Made by a program: the position numbers and the translations under genes. The notes under the pieces were generated by a model that was not told the origin of the DNA, made no database searches, and saw only the letters and a program-made list of their open reading frames with translations. A DNA stretch of 64,000 bases from Lama glama (taxonomy: Eukaryota): contig CM052817.1 of assembly GCA_028534125.1 (NCBI GenBank), positions 89,096,001 to 89,160,000 on the forward strand, in the 5' to 3' direction. Below, piece after piece: positions 13,802-28,100 of this stretch; position 1 is the first letter of the stretch, and each line of letters starts with the position of its first letter.

Positions 13802-14869
13802 GTGAATAGTAAATCAAAACACAGATAGCATTGCTACCTATACCTCCTGTAGGAGAAAATGTAACCATGTTACAAGTAAAGAGTTAAACTAGGTACAAGT
13901 AAGAAGAATGGTTCATTTAAGAGAGGGCAAGGAATAACTGAAAACACAGTCAATAAATTGAAGATTGTTTTGGGGAAAACTGTAGAAGATCTCAAATATC
14001 AGTCCAGTAAGGATGAACCTAAATATTTACATCAGTTTGTTCATTCATTTGTCAACAAATATTAATTGTGTACCAACCATGCACAGACACTGTAGTAGAA
14101 CCTGGATATTGGCTTGCAAAGAGGCCCTACAATTCAACAATGCACATCTAATTTCATTATTCAACATCTAATTTCATTTCTTCCAAAAAGAAACTAAGAA
14201 ATGTCAATTCTTCTAAGAAGAGACGTTTTTGCTTACCAGAATGACAAATGGAATTTATATTTGTTAACTGACATTTTTAAAGCTCTTTGATGGACATTCC
14301 CTTGATGATTCAAAAGTTTTTAATAATCACTTTCTAATATTTATTTCTATTTTGAAATTCCTATTAATTAAAATTCTGAATTTTATTAGAATATGATGAT
14401 TGTTTAGAATGTATTTTTAATTTTAAGAAACTTGCCAAGTTTGTTATCTTAATAGTTTCTTTATATATTTGAAAAAAGGCAATTATACCATAAACACAAA
14501 AAATGTTGTTATGCATAGGAATCTAATATTTTGACACTTTTTTTGAATTTCCATATTGCTATGTTAAGTTATATCATTTAACATTATGTGATAGAAATAC
14601 TCTCATGGCATAAATAAATCAATTAGTGGGAAATATGCTAAAGCATGTTTAGAGTTAGAAAGAACAGTTGGAAAAATATGTCTTAGACTGAAAATTTTTT
14701 TCTAGAATTAGTAGTAATATACTAAGAAAATTTATTTTTTATTAAACATTTTCATTAACCTTAAAACAGAAGGAAATGTCTTTTCTCCACATTTCAAAAG
14801 ACCAGATATATGATAACATATTTAAAAAGTATACTGATTTTTACCTCTGTAATTTTAATTCCCATCTAT

Positions 14870-16313
14870 TTTAATTTTTTTGCATTGAGATGACTTTAGA
14901 TTCAATTGCATTTGTAAAAAAAAAGATCAGATATACCTTTCACCTAGTTTCCCCCAAAGATGTTATCTTGCATAATTGTGTTATAATATTATAGCTAATA
15001 AACTGACATTGATATGTCAGAGACCTGCTTTAGATTCCACCAGTTTTATATGCACTCACTCCTGTGTGTGTATGTGTGTGTTCCATGTAATCTTACCATA
15101 TATGTACATTCTTGTGATCACCACCAAAGTCAGGATACAGAAGAGTTCTATCACAAGAATTCTTTCTACAACTGTTTTATAGTTACAACAACCTCCTTGA
15201 ACCCTGCCCCTGACCAATCACCTTATTCTGTTCTCCATCTTGTACTTTTGTCATTTCAAGTCTGTTATACAATTAAAATCATTTAGTATATAATCTTTTG
15301 AAATTGGCTTTTTTTTCCCTTAACATAATTCCTGAGAGTCATTAAAGTTTTTTGCATGAATTGATAGCTCTTTTTGAAAAATTATTACTGAGTAGTGTTT
15401 CGTGATTTAAATGCACCACAGTTTAAATATTCACTACTTTAAAAATATTTGAATTGTTTCCAGATATTGAGTGGGTATAAGTTTTATTTCTCTGGGCTAA
15501 ATGCACAGGAGTGCAGTTGCTCAGTCCCATGGTAGGCACATAATTAGTTTTGTAAGAAACTGTCGTACCTTTTTCCATAGCAGCTGTACATCATTTAGCA
15601 TTCCTATCAGCCGTGTATATACGAGGGGTCTTTTCTCTGCCTCCTTACCAGAGTTTTGTATTATCATCCTTTTTAACTTTGTAAAAGGTGTATATTCATC
15701 TCATTGTGGTTTTAATTGACATTTTGCACATAAATGATGAAACCCTTTTTCATCTGTATATTTTCTCTGTTGAAACATCTGTTCATATCTTTTGACCATT
15801 TTTGAATTCTATCTTTTTTTAATTGTTGAATGTGGAGAGCTCTTTATATATTTTAGATACAAGACTATTGTCAGATATATATGGCTTGTGAATATTTTCT
15901 CTCAATTTCTAGTTTGTCTTTTCAGTTTCTCCAGATGGTCTTTTGAGAGCAAAAATTTTAACTTTGATGAAGTCCAGTATATATATTTTTTCTTTTATGT
16001 GCCACTTTTTGATGCCAATTCTAAGAACTCTTCACCTAGACCCAGGCTGAAGGTTTCTTATCTTTATTTCTAAAAGGTATAGTGTTATCTTTTACATTTA
16101 TGTCAGTGATTCATTTGTATAAGCTGTGATGTTTAGGTCAAAACCTTTGTTTCATTTCACTTTGTCTACGGATATCTAATTTGTTTCAGCACTATTTGTT
16201 GAAATAATTACTGTTCCTTCTCCACTGTCCTGTGCTTTAACACCTTTGTCAAAGTTAGTTGTACTTATTTGTTAGGCTTTACTTGTGGGTTCTCTTCTCT
16301 TCCACTGATCTAT
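14870..16313 (-). mobile_element. Old L1 (L1MC-like) 3'UTR and ORF2 end
   Basis: 'acctttcacctagtttccccca', 'catcaccaccaaagtcaggatacagaagagttc', 'tctcattgtggttttaattg'. Confidence 0.85.
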
Positions 16314-17384
16314 AAATAAATGAAGTAATAAGATTATAGAATAAGTATTTAAATATTCTTCAAAACATCATATGGAGTTTCTTTGATACCCAAAAGTTTA
16401 ACATTCCAAGATCAATTGGCTCAGTATCATATTTGTTTGTTTTTACTCAGAGGTGTGCTATACCATGTTGCAATTACTGAGCCTACAGTTTGCTACTTCT
16501 TTGAAAGAAAGAATGTCAAAGAAGTTGGCAAACATATTTAAAGGGTACTATAATTTTAACAATGCTGTCATATAATAGTTGATATAAATCAGTTCTAATT
16601 ATATAATTATTGATTCCCATACCTATGTGCTGAGCATTCTTATTCCATCACTAACCCAGGTCTCCAGAGGTTGGAAGTTGAAAAATCAAGGGAGAAAGCC
16701 AGTAAAGAAAACAAAATATCATTTCTTACTATTATTTTTGTACTCACGTAGAAATTTTTATGTCAGATCAATTTACTCATAACTTATATTTGATGTATTT
16801 TATAAAATTAAATTCTAAAGAAGTTGAAAATCTATTTTAATCCTCTTCTTGGGAGTATATTATAGGTCTAATTGAAGTCTTTTGGGACTTTAGTGATTAC
16901 ACTCTCTTGGATAGAATTCAAGATTTACATATATGGTACTAAATTTCAATTTCTACTGAGCAATATCACAATGGTTTTCCTGGGTACATATGGCCACATT
17001 GCCCACATTTCTTTAAATATAACTCACAAGAGGGAAGTTAATATAGCTTTGGAGTTTCCTTTAACTTTCCTTTTTTTCACATTAATCTTTGCTTACAAGT
17101 TTGATCATCAGAAATAGTTTGTTTTAAAATTTGGTGCATATCTTCATTGTTATAATTTTATCAACTTTTTTGCAGTTCACTATTGTAATATGTAAATGTG
17201 TTATTTAGTCTCATAACAGAACTTGTAATGAGCTATTTTGGACAATTAGGCTAGATGAAATCAGAGATAGAAAATAGAAAAGAAAGTGAACTTGAAGTCT
17301 TTGGTACAGAGTACAATTGTGTAGATATAATAAATCTCCTTGAGTGCTTTGAAGTTTTCTGATTGCAGAATTAATAGGTCCACC

Positions 17385-17535
17385 AGTAGTTGAAAACCTA
17401 TCACTACCTGATCTAAGACATACAATAAATTTACAATAATCAAGATAGTGTGGTATTAGTGAGAGGATCCACACATAGATTAATGGAATAGAGTAGATCA
17501 AAAATAGACTTAAAAATAATGTGAGAAATTGTTTT
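17385..17535 (+). mobile_element. Short L1 ORF2 fragment
   Basis: 'cactacctgatctaagacatac...aatcaagatagtgtggtatt...cacatagattaatggaatagag'. Confidence 0.75.
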
Positions 17536-18402
17536 CTTCATTCATACTTATTATTTTGATTATACAGGGAAATAATATTTTGGACATTGGTTTAAATAAA
17601 ATATTAAAATTAAGTACTTTTAAATTTTAATTTTTTTTTGTTTGTTTTAAAATAATTATAGATATATAGGAAGTTTCAGAGACCCCATGTACCCTTCACT
17701 CAGTTTCTTCCAATGGTTACTTCTCTGTATAGTGCAATATCTAAACCAGGAAGTTGGCATTGGTACAACGTGTATGAATAGTTCCAGTCATTTTATCAAA
17801 TGGGTATATTCATATTATCACCACTGCAATCAAGATGCAGTACTATTTCATCCTCACAAAGATCTCTCTCATGCTACACATCATGATTACCTCTGCCCTC
17901 TTACCCCACTATCCCTAAATTCTGGCAATGACTGATTTGTTCTCCATCTCTATAATTTTATCATTTGAAAAATGTTACAAGGATGGAATCATATACAGCA
18001 TTTGAAATTTTGTGATTGGTGTTTTGTACTCATCCATTCAAGTTGTTACGTGTATCAATACTTCAGCCTTCATTACTGCTAAGTAGTTTCTCATGGGATG
18101 AACGTACCAGTTTGTTTAAGTTTGCCTATAGTAGGACATTTTGATTGCTTCCATTTTGGGGCTATTACAAATAAAACTTATATGAACAATTATTTACAAG
18201 GTTTTGTGCGGACATGACTTCATTTTTCTAGAATAGATGCCCCCCCACCAAAGTGATGGCCATGCCATGTTGTACATGTATGTTTTACTTTTTTAAAGAA
18301 ATTACACAATATTTTCCAGAATATCTGTATCATTGCACATGCCCAGCACTGAGAGATCCAGTTTCTCCACATTCTCACCAGCATTTAGTATTGCCACTGT
18401 TC

Positions 18403-19485
18403 TTTTTTTTCCCCCATTTTTTAAAATTGAAGTATAGTTGACTTACAGTGTTTCAGGTGTATAGCAAAGTGCACATATGTGCACACATGTATGTATTCCT
18501 TCTCAGGTTTTCCTCCACCACAGGTTACCACAAGGTACTGAACACAGTTCCCTGTGCTACACAGTAGATCCCTGTTGTCTATCCACTTTACATGTAAGAG
18601 TGTGTATCTGTTAATTCCAAAATCCAAATTATTCCACCTCCCCACACCCCCCTTTCCCCTTTGGCGACCATAAGTTTGCTTCTATGTCTGTGAGTCTATT
18701 TCTGTTTTGCAAACAAGTTCATTTCTATCACTTTCGTACATTCCACATGTAAGTGACATCATATGATACTTGTCTTTGTCTGATCCATTTCATTTAGCAT
18801 CATAATCTCTAGGTCCATCTGTGTTGCCACAAATGGCATTATTCCATCCTTTTTCAGGGCTGAGAAATGTTCCATTGCATTTACACACCACATCTTCTTC
18901 ATCCATTCATCTGTCAATGGACACCCAGGTTGCTTCATGTCTTGGCCATTGCAAACACCACTACCATGAACACTGGGTGCATATATCCCCTTAGATTAGA
19001 GTTTTATCAAGATACATGCCCAGGAGTGGGACTGCTGGATCATATGGCAACTCCATTTCTAGTTCTCCAAGGAACCTCTATACTGCTCTCCACAGTGGCT
19101 GCACCAATTCACATTCCCACCAGCAATGTAGGAGGGTTTACCCCTCTTCACACCCTCTCCAATATTCACTACTTGCAAGCATTTTGATGATTGCCCTTCT
19201 GACAGGTGTGAGGTGATACCTCATTGTAGTTTTGATTTGAAGCTTTCCAATAATTAGCAATGTTGAGCACCCCTCACATGCCTGTTGGTCATCTGCATGT
19301 CCTCCCTGGAGAAATATCCACCTAGGTCCTCCGCACATTCCTTGACCAGGCTGTCCCCTTCCTTGACATTGAGCTGTATGAGCATCCGCATGTCCTGGAA
19401 ACTAATCTCCCGTGGGTGACATCGCTTGCAAAAATTCTCTCCCACTCCCATAGGTTGTCCCCCCCCCCTTCATGGTTTCCCACTG
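18403..19485 (-). mobile_element. 5'-truncated cetartiodactyl-type L1 (GC-shifted copy)
   Basis: Begins with T-run then 'attgaagtatagttgac'. Minus-strand ORF peptide 'LQIKTTMRYHLTPVR' is the L1 ORF2 C-terminus. Confidence 0.93.
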
Positions 19486-20124
19486 CTGTTTTTTCTGTTT
19501 GTGTAATCTCTTCTAATAGCTATATAGGATATCTTCCTGTGGTTTTGACTTGCATTTCCTGAATGGATAGTGATGTTAAGGATTTTTCCATGTGCCTATT
19601 TGCCATCTACATATCCTCCTCAGTGAAATGTCTTTTAATGTTTTTGCCCATTTTTTGACTTGGATTTTTTGTTTGTTTGATTTTTACTTGGGAATTCTGA
19701 GAAAGTTCTTCATATATTCAAAATATGAGTCCCTTGTCAGATATGTGTTTTATATATATTTTCTCTCTGTCTGTAGCCTCTCTTAACAGGTTATTTTGCA
19801 GAACAAACTTGTGTTTTGTTTTGTTTTTAATAAAGTCCAATGTATTGATTTTTTTTTTAGGGCTCTTGCTTTTGGTATCAAATCTAAGAACTGTTCTCCA
19901 AGCCTTAGTTCTCAAAGATTTTCTCCTTTATTTTCTTGTGAAAGTTTTAAAATTTTTATCTTACATTTAATTCTGTAATTCATTTTAATTAATTTTTTTT
20001 GGTGTGAAGTTCAAGTCAAATTTCTTTTATTTGCGTGTGGATATCAATTGCTCCAGTACCATTTATTTAAAAGGCTCTTCTTCTTGAGTTGAATTACTTT
20101 TGCATTTTTGGCAAAAATAAGGTA

Positions 20125-20450
20125 GATGGATCACAAGAAGATTTTTAGGGTAGTGAAACTATTGTGTATAATACTAAAATAATGAATATGTGTCATTATA
20201 CATTTATCAAAACCCATAGAATATGCATCATCAAAAGTGAACCCTAATGTAAACTATCAGCATGGATTGATAATAATGTGTCAAGGTAGATTCATTGATT
20301 GTAACAAAAGTACTACTCTCCTGGGAGATGCTGAGAATCAGGGAGACTGTGCATATATGCAGTCAGATGGTATATGGAAACTTTCTGTACTTTGCACCCA
20401 GTTTTGCTGTGAACCTAAAACTGCTCTAAAGAATTAACTCCATTAAAAAA
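20125..20450 (+). mobile_element. L1MB/L1MC-type 3'UTR fragment nested in the older L1
   Basis: 'tttttagggtagtgaaact...gtgaaccctaatgtaaactat...tttgctgtgaacctaaaactgctctaaa' plus A-tail. Confidence 0.85.
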
Positions 20451-21399
20451 GTAGGTTGAGCATATTTGTATGGGTCTATTTCTGGGTTCTCTGTTCTGTT
20501 CCATGGATCTATGTGTCTCTGTCTCTGTGGCAAAATGACAATCTATTACTATAGATATATAATAAATCTTAAAATCTTAAATCTCAATTAAGATAGTTAA
20601 AATTTTAACCAGAATGTTTAATGGAATTATGTCCATCAACCTTAAAAATATCCAAAGTAATGTACATAAACCATGTATAAAGATAACCTGTAATTCCCAG
20701 GCCTAATATTAGTCAATATTATCAGCATAGTCTCATGCCATGCCATTTGACAGATTACTCACAAGTAATATACTGTTCAGATTTTAAGGTGCACTCTTCA
20801 TATCTTAATAATAAGAAAAAATTTTACCTTAATGAGCAACACAATCAAAGACAACATGGGAGTAAATATCCATAGATTTCACATATTTTTCTATCTCTGT
20901 AATTATATTAGCCCTTAAAAATTTACCTCAGAAAAAAAGAACCAAGTGATTTTCATAAATAAATAGTATGAATTTATTCAGTCACATATCTTGTATAACC
21001 AAATCTCATTAAAGCATAAGATTCTTGATTTCAATATAAAACTACATTCCCTCCATAAGAGAAAACTGCCTATCCAGATATTTACAAGAATACCCAGTAT
21101 TCTCATAAATACTCCTGATTGTCAGCTTTCCCACATGCCTTCATTATTCCTATTGCTCTAAGTATCCAGCCAATTTTAGCCCAGATTTTTGAGTGATATA
21201 TTTATAATTCCCTTTGGTCAATAGTTACATGTTGCTGATTAATGTTATATTTTATGAAAGAAACGTAGCCAAATTATTATGAGAAAAATTTTAAAGACTA
21301 GTTGTTCTCTACAAGAACTTTGTGTTTGTAACTGGGTCATAAAAGTATTCCTGTGGCAATTTGATTTCTATAGCAGTTATGGTACACTTTATTGCAGCT

Positions 21400-21510
21400 C
21401 CTTTACTAAACTGTGATCTCCCCAATGACATCAGTCATGCTTTATTTGTGATTTTATACCCAGTGCCTAGCTCTGAACAAATACTCAATAAAGGTTTATT
21501 AAATAAAGGA
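21400..21510 (+). mobile_element. LINE-2 3' end
   Basis: 'aaactgtgatctcc...tatacccagtgcctagc...actcaataaa' is the L2 terminal pattern. Confidence 0.7.
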
Positions 21511-23356
21511 AGAAAGAGAAAAGGAAAGAAAATAAGGAAGGATCTAATTCATTATGTACATTATTGACTTTTAAAGACACTTCTATTTTTGGATTTGTCA
21601 ACTTCATTAGTTTTTTAAAAGCAGAGTCCTGGATATTAATTAATACTCATTAATTCACATACTATATATGTATATGTTAAAATGATAAGAAATATTTCAA
21701 ATAATATTTTAAAGATTAATGCAATTTCTGTGGAACTTTTGCACAAGTTACTCCATTTGGTCCTCCCCAAGTCTATACCATATTACATACTATTCTTTGG
21801 TTGATCTCTTGTGAGTTCACGAACAATTGTTTCTTTTCTTATGTGTAATCACATGATGCCTTGCCAACTTTACTGGACACATTGATATACAAGGTATAAT
21901 GACTTTTGAAGGTGCCCGCATTATCACCAGCTCTTAATAATGCTGGAGTCACCAAGAGGATACTGTTAATAGTTCTAGGCCACTGGTCAATTGTGCTACA
22001 TTCTCCAGTCTTATCAATGTCCTGAAATATGCAGTATTGTCTTTCTCACATTGGTTCACTGCTAGGCACCTGGGCACATATCAATCACAGTATATTGTAC
22101 TGGTATCAAGTACACTTCCTTACACTTTTATCTTTAGGTCTCTCTGTTTAGAAGAAAAAAATAAGAATAAAAGTATAGTTTGGGACCATATAAATATACT
22201 CTGAAATACATTCCCCAAACACCTTTGCCTCTTTTCTGTTTCTGTCCTTATAAACATAATTTGTTGCCCTGGTATTCTATTTGATATAAAGACTGTTTAT
22301 GCCAAGGATACTGCGTTACAACAAGGAAGTAATGTGGTACTGCTGTACTTTATTTTAGGATCTTTGTCAGAGCTGGGTCAGGAACATCTATCAGAGAGGT
22401 TCACAATTTAATATCGAGATGATTTGAGAGGTTGACTGAAGCTTATTCATTAGTAAATACCACAGGTTTTCCTGCTTATACTTTTTGTTCTGATTCTAGC
22501 ACCATTACTTAAAATGGGATTACATAACTAAAAGCAAGGGTGCTCCTTAGTTCATCCTTTTACTGTTTGTTGTACCTAGTAATAATCCTCATTTTCTTGT
22601 TATGACAAAAAGTTTTTCTAGGTTGAAGAAAAATGCATATATTTTATTATGTTTATAATGCATTTTTTAAAACAGGATTGAAGTGAGAAGCTGAACATTT
22701 TCAGATTTTTTTTACTAAAAATAAAATAATAATAAAGCAAGGTATTTCAAACCTATTTTTTAAATAACTGCAATTGTAAGAAGGTGAGAAGTCCCACCCC
22801 TACAGACATAGCTCCCAACTCACTGTAATTAATAGAGATCTTTAAAAGAAGAGAGGGAATTGGAATCAGTAAATTTTCTCCTAAACATTACTAAAATAAT
22901 GTAGGGAAGTCCACTAGCTACCTACAGAAAGAGAAATATGTTTGTTTATTTGGGCTCATTCATGACATTTAATTTAGGCAATCAATGCCTTAAGGTATGA
23001 AAGAAATTTATGTTTCTAAGGTGGTTTAATTTCACCTGAAGTTAAGTTTACCAATGTGATGACTCTAGGAGCAACATACGTTTTTTGATTTCTTTCTCTC
23101 ATGCAAATGCCCTTCCTTTTAGAATCCATTTTTTCATATAGGGGAGAGAATGCCCCCCATGGCAGAAATCACCCATAACTGACTCAGGGGAAACAATTTA
23201 GTTACATTTCTAAAGACATGTTTTTTGAAAGATGTCAAAGAAAGCACCCAGTAAGGCTGAAGGCATATTTCAGTTTATTCAGAATCAGAGGAAAAAGACC
23301 AGGTAATTCCCCAGTTTTGTTTTCTGAACACATCTGTTATCCATCACTTTTTGCTA

Positions 23357-23410
23357 ACTAAATAATTAAATAATAATTAAATAAAATAATTAAATAAAAA
23401 ATAATTAAAC
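23357..23410. repeat. AT-only degenerate tandem repeat (ATAATTAAAT-based)
   Basis: Four ataattaaa units directly visible. Confidence 0.8.
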
Positions 23411-23744
23411 TGGCATATTAGCAATTCTTTGTTAATTGCTAATAAAGTATTAAATTTTATATAACTTTAATAAACCAATTCCATGTTTAATCTATATTTA
23501 GTTTCCTTTTTACAATATTGCTATGATATGTCATGCTGACTTTCTAAATGGTTGGGAACAATAAATGTAAATGGTATAATAAATATTTTTATATTTGTGT
23601 ACCTTAAATTTCCATTGCTCATGTCAATTCAGAATGTCAAGTGAATGGGTTTTCTGCTCACCATGTACACTTATTAAATTAATCTCTTGCTTATTCTTGC
23701 TGAGGTTGTTTAATGGAAAGAGGCAGAAGTAGTTTCAAATGGTT

Positions 23745-23888
23745 TTAAAGGCTTAAAAACTAAGTGAACTTGAAGACACAGAAATAGACATTATCCAAAA
23801 TAAACACAGGAAGAAAAAAAGACACCCCCCCAAAAGTTTTAGTAGAGTTTCAATGAACTGAAAAATGTCCAAGCAGCTAAATATACGT

Positions 23889-23929
<41 letters not shown>

Positions 23930-24330
23930 ATTTAAGTGCCTAAAAGAGAAGGAAGAGCAAAAGTATGTAAAGAAATAGTGCTCCAGATTTTTCCCAATTT
24001 GATTAAAACCGTAAACCCACAGATCCAGGAATCTCAGTCTTAAGCACAAGAAACACAAAGGAAAACTGTATCAAGCCGTATCATATTATAAAGAAATTGC
24101 CCAAAATTAGGGATACAGATAAAAATCATCCTAAGAGTAGCTAGAGAATAAATGAAGTAATGTATTCAGGAACAAATACAAAAATAGCAGTGTATTTCTT
24201 GTCAGAAATAATGAAAGTGAGAAGACAGAGGCACAACGGTTTTAAAATACTGAAAGAAAAAAAAATCCAACTTGAATTCTGTATCCAGCAAAAATAGCTT
24301 TCAAAAATGACAAAATAAAAAAATCCATTC
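23745..24330 (+). mobile_element. Old L1 ORF1-region fragment containing a (TA)n tract (~23889-23923)
   Basis: 'agtgaacttgaagacacagaaatagacattatccaa', 'aaacccacagatccaggaatctcag', 'gaattctgtatccagcaaaaatagctttcaaaaatga'. Confidence 0.75.
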
Positions 24331-24454
24331 CTAGGAACCATTAAGTAAACTAGGAAAATATTTTATTCTAATACCATGCTCTATGTATGGGTTTGTCTAA
24401 AAAGACTGCCATTTTCCCAGACTATGTTTGACAGAAGTGCCATTTTTTGATTGA

Positions 24455-25110
24455 CTTTATAAAAATATATCTTACAGTAAAATCCACAAATCCTTAGTGT
24501 CCCAATTGTTGAATTTTCACATGCACATACATTTATGTAACAGTTCAAGGTATAGAACATCCCCACTCCCCTGGAAGGCCCCTTCACATATGTTAGTCTT
24601 AGCCCCAAAATAACCACTCTTCTGACTGCTATCACCATAGATTAGTGATGACTGTTTCTAATTTTTTATGTGTAGAATCATACAGAATACTCTCTTGTGT
24701 TTGATTCCTTTAAAGAAAATATTATGAATATTATCTTTCTATTTGCTATTATATGTGCCAGTACTGCTGTGTAGTGTTCCTTTGTTAAAAAAAAAAGAAA
24801 AGAAAAAAGTACCAAATCTAATTTTAATGGCTATTAGGTTGTTTCTAGGTTTTATCTATTAAAAAAAACATGTTTGAACATTTTTGTACATTTTTGGTAG
24901 ACATAAGCACTTAATTTCTTTCAGTTACTTTTTTGTTATATATCTAGAATCAGATTAGTTCATAAAATATACCTATCTTTAATTTTTGTAAGTATGTCCT
25001 TCCAAACATTTGTTTCCAAGTGATTATATCAAATTATGATGTCACCAACAATGTAGGAGTCCCAGTTTTTCCACATCCTTCACATAACAATTCATAGAGT
25101 TATTTTAAAC
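24455..25110 (-). mobile_element. Old L1 (L1ME-like) 3'UTR
   Basis: 'aaggtatagaacatcccc', 'aaccactcttctgactgctatcaccatagattag', 'caccaacaatgtaggagtcccagtt'. Confidence 0.75.
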
Positions 25111-28100
25111 TTTTTCAGAGGGAGAGAAACATTGAAAGACAGAGAAACAAAGATGAAGAGGAAGAGAGAAAGACATTATAACACAAAATTATAGTCTATG
25201 AAAACACAAGATACAGAGTTCTGAAGAACTTGGACTGAGGTAAGAGAACATGCTTTCAAGCTTTCACATACTGTTTTAGGTATGGTGAAGACTACAGATT
25301 TCCTACAAAATAAGGCAAAAATTCCACACTCCAACCTCAGTGTGTATTACATGCATAAATCCCATTCCCACCATTTTCACTGTGAGCCATTACTCTTGAA
25401 CCTGAATTCTTGAATTTGTCTTTTTCTCACTCTTTTAGTTTGTCCCAAGTACAATAAGGTGGGAAATTTTCTTCAATACATCCCCTATCCTTTTTATTCC
25501 TTACCATAATACTTTCCTTATAGCCGATAATAAATTATTTTTAATAGCGAAAGGCTTATAAACCATCAAAGCACCGACTTCCTTTGGCAGCATAACACTT
25601 TGTAAACCACAAAAAACAGAACTCAGTGTGAAAAAAGGAAATTACATAAGAAAAAACCACAAAGAAAAGTAATTTCTAAAATAATACTTTTGGGAAAATG
25701 GGAGTATAAAGGAGGGTATATTGACACGGATTATAGTTGAGCATTAAAGAATCTGCATTAAAAAATCCAAGGTTGAATAAATAAAATTCTTGTCTTAAAT
25801 CCACTTAATGAAATATTTTTAAGATAGTGTTGTTTAATTTCATTTAACTTCCCCAAGCTTTTCTTGAATTATACAGCAAAAAATAAATAAGCAAGTACCA
25901 ACTACCACTGCAGGCCAAAAAATGAAAGTAAAGTAAGGACAACCTCATCAGTTCTGACCTTTGTGTAGCAAAAAATAACAAAATATTTTTGTATCTACGT
26001 TTGTACTATCAAAAGATTAAAAAGGGCTTTATTAATTGTCATTCCTAAGCAATATTCTTTTAAAACTACTGGGGTTAACTAAGGTATAGTTCTTTATATT
26101 TCTAATAATTTTGAGGTCTGTAAATAGGTAAATTGGAAAGAAGACAAGAAAATACAATTTTAAACAAATATTTTTAATATATGGCTTAATAGCATGGAAT
26201 ATTTAAGGAAGAGAAAATTATGCCTGAAAGGTACTATATCCAGTGGTTTACTTTCTAAGAAAATAAAATTTTTATATTTGATCTTAATTTTATTGTTCCC
26301 ATAGTTTGAAACATAGTGTGAATAATATTATTTATCATATTTCCATGAAAATATGTGTAATTTATTACCTATAATGAAATTCTAAATTAAAATCTATATT
26401 TCCATAAGTATGTGTACACTATTGGGTTATTTTAAAAAAAGAAACTCTTGCTTTTTACCACCAAGAGAAAAGCAAGGTATCTCTTTGAAACTGGGATGAT
26501 GGACAATGAATGATAATATTAGTTTCATATAGTTTGAGACTTATAATTTGTGATATGAATTGAATTAAACAATTGCTATCTATTGTCCCCATGTAATGCC
26601 TGTAACTTTTGTATCTTAGATAACTGTAATGATAGCCAACACAATAATAATTTATTTTTTATCACATTCATTTAATTTTTAAATTGTCAATGTTCTCTTT
26701 TTTATTTTTCAAACTGTAAGATTTGCTGTGGTTTACTATCCATCTAGTAAATACCAAGATGGTATTAAAAATCCTATTCAGAAACTTCATAAATAATCAA
26801 TTATTCCTAAGTAGGTAAGTTGGCTCTGAATTTTCAATTTATACCTGATCCTATTTTATTGTCACAGAGATCTATAATAAATATGAGAATGGTTACTGGA
26901 AATCATAAATTTCATATAAAATAAAATGAGATTATATAGATTTCTTTTAAATACTTCTTGTTAAATTAGAAGTTTATTAATTTTAATGCTAAGCACAATT
27001 GAAATCTGTCTATAAATCTTCCTACCATTATATTTGTGCTGCATAAGAGCAGGGCCTAAACCAGAAACAATACTTTTCAACTAAAAATTCAATACAATTA
27101 TTTTAATTTATGAGTACATTAATAAATAAGTTATCAATAATTGCACTTTAAAAATTTTACAATTTTCACTATTTTCTTCATCATTCCAGCACTATCTGAT
27201 AATGTTGACTGCCCTGTCATCTCACTAGATTTTCAAGACTCCATGCTTTGTGAACATTTAAGTAAGTCTCTGGCCCTCTGTTGATATTTGTTTATAATAA
27301 GGCCCTTAGAGAACCTGTGAGCTCTGACTACATACCTATCAAGAGACAATTCCAAAACATGCCTCTAGCCCAGATATCTTTCTGTCACAATTTTATATTC
27401 AGTTCCATCTGTGACTTATCCAAAAATTAAACTGGCCGTTTTCACTCCAATGTATTTATTTCTTTCTCTTTTCTCACCCACCTTATTAATACCTTAAATA
27501 TACCAAGTAATTTTGTCTGCCACAATTTCTTCTTAACTTACACTTTTCACTTCTTAGCCATTATCCTTGACAGACAGTAATCTTCTCATGCCTGGACAAT
27601 CACATTAGAGTTCTTTGTAATGTTTCTGCTGCTCCTGTTTCTAATATAGCCCATATCAATCAGAATTTCCCAAATCTGATTTATACAAATATCACTAAAT
27701 GTTATATTTGTAACACTTAAAACATGAAAGTTGGATTTTATTCATTTGAGCTCTTCTTTAGTTCTCTTTCATTATATGGATTCCCCCTTACAAATTTTTT
27801 TTTCCACGTTCATATTCTGGTTTTGTTTAAAGACCAGTCATTTCATGAACTCTACTACATTTGCCATTCTTTCAAGAAATCTTGTTTATTTAATTCTGTC
27901 ACATAGAAATCTCTTCTAAATTTTACACTTTTGCATATTATTTCCTTTACAACCTGTGCTGGTTATTTTGCCCTTTGGATTCATTTTGTGACCACTTCTT
28001 CTAATTATACCACTCCCTCTGGTAGCACTTAGAGTGGGGGAAATGATTCTCCCTATTGCTAGTCCCTGGGCCTTTCCTTATTATTTTTTGCCATCTATCT

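Larger units (their letters stand above)
17630..20580 (-). mobile_element. Old L1 (L1MC-like) acting as host for two later L1 insertions
   Basis: Collinear antisense L1 text at 17630-18400, 19485-20120 and 20450-20580, interrupted by the two elements listed next. Confidence 0.85.

Noticed and set aside
21895..22030. Minus-strand open frame after 'tttcag'
   Set aside because: No recognisable peptide; the text is more like a decayed ancient LINE (CR1/L3-like) and too weak to call.
22345..22460. Acceptor-like 'tactttattttag' followed by exon-like sequence
   Set aside because: Stops occur in all three frames before the plausible donor; no support as a coding exon.
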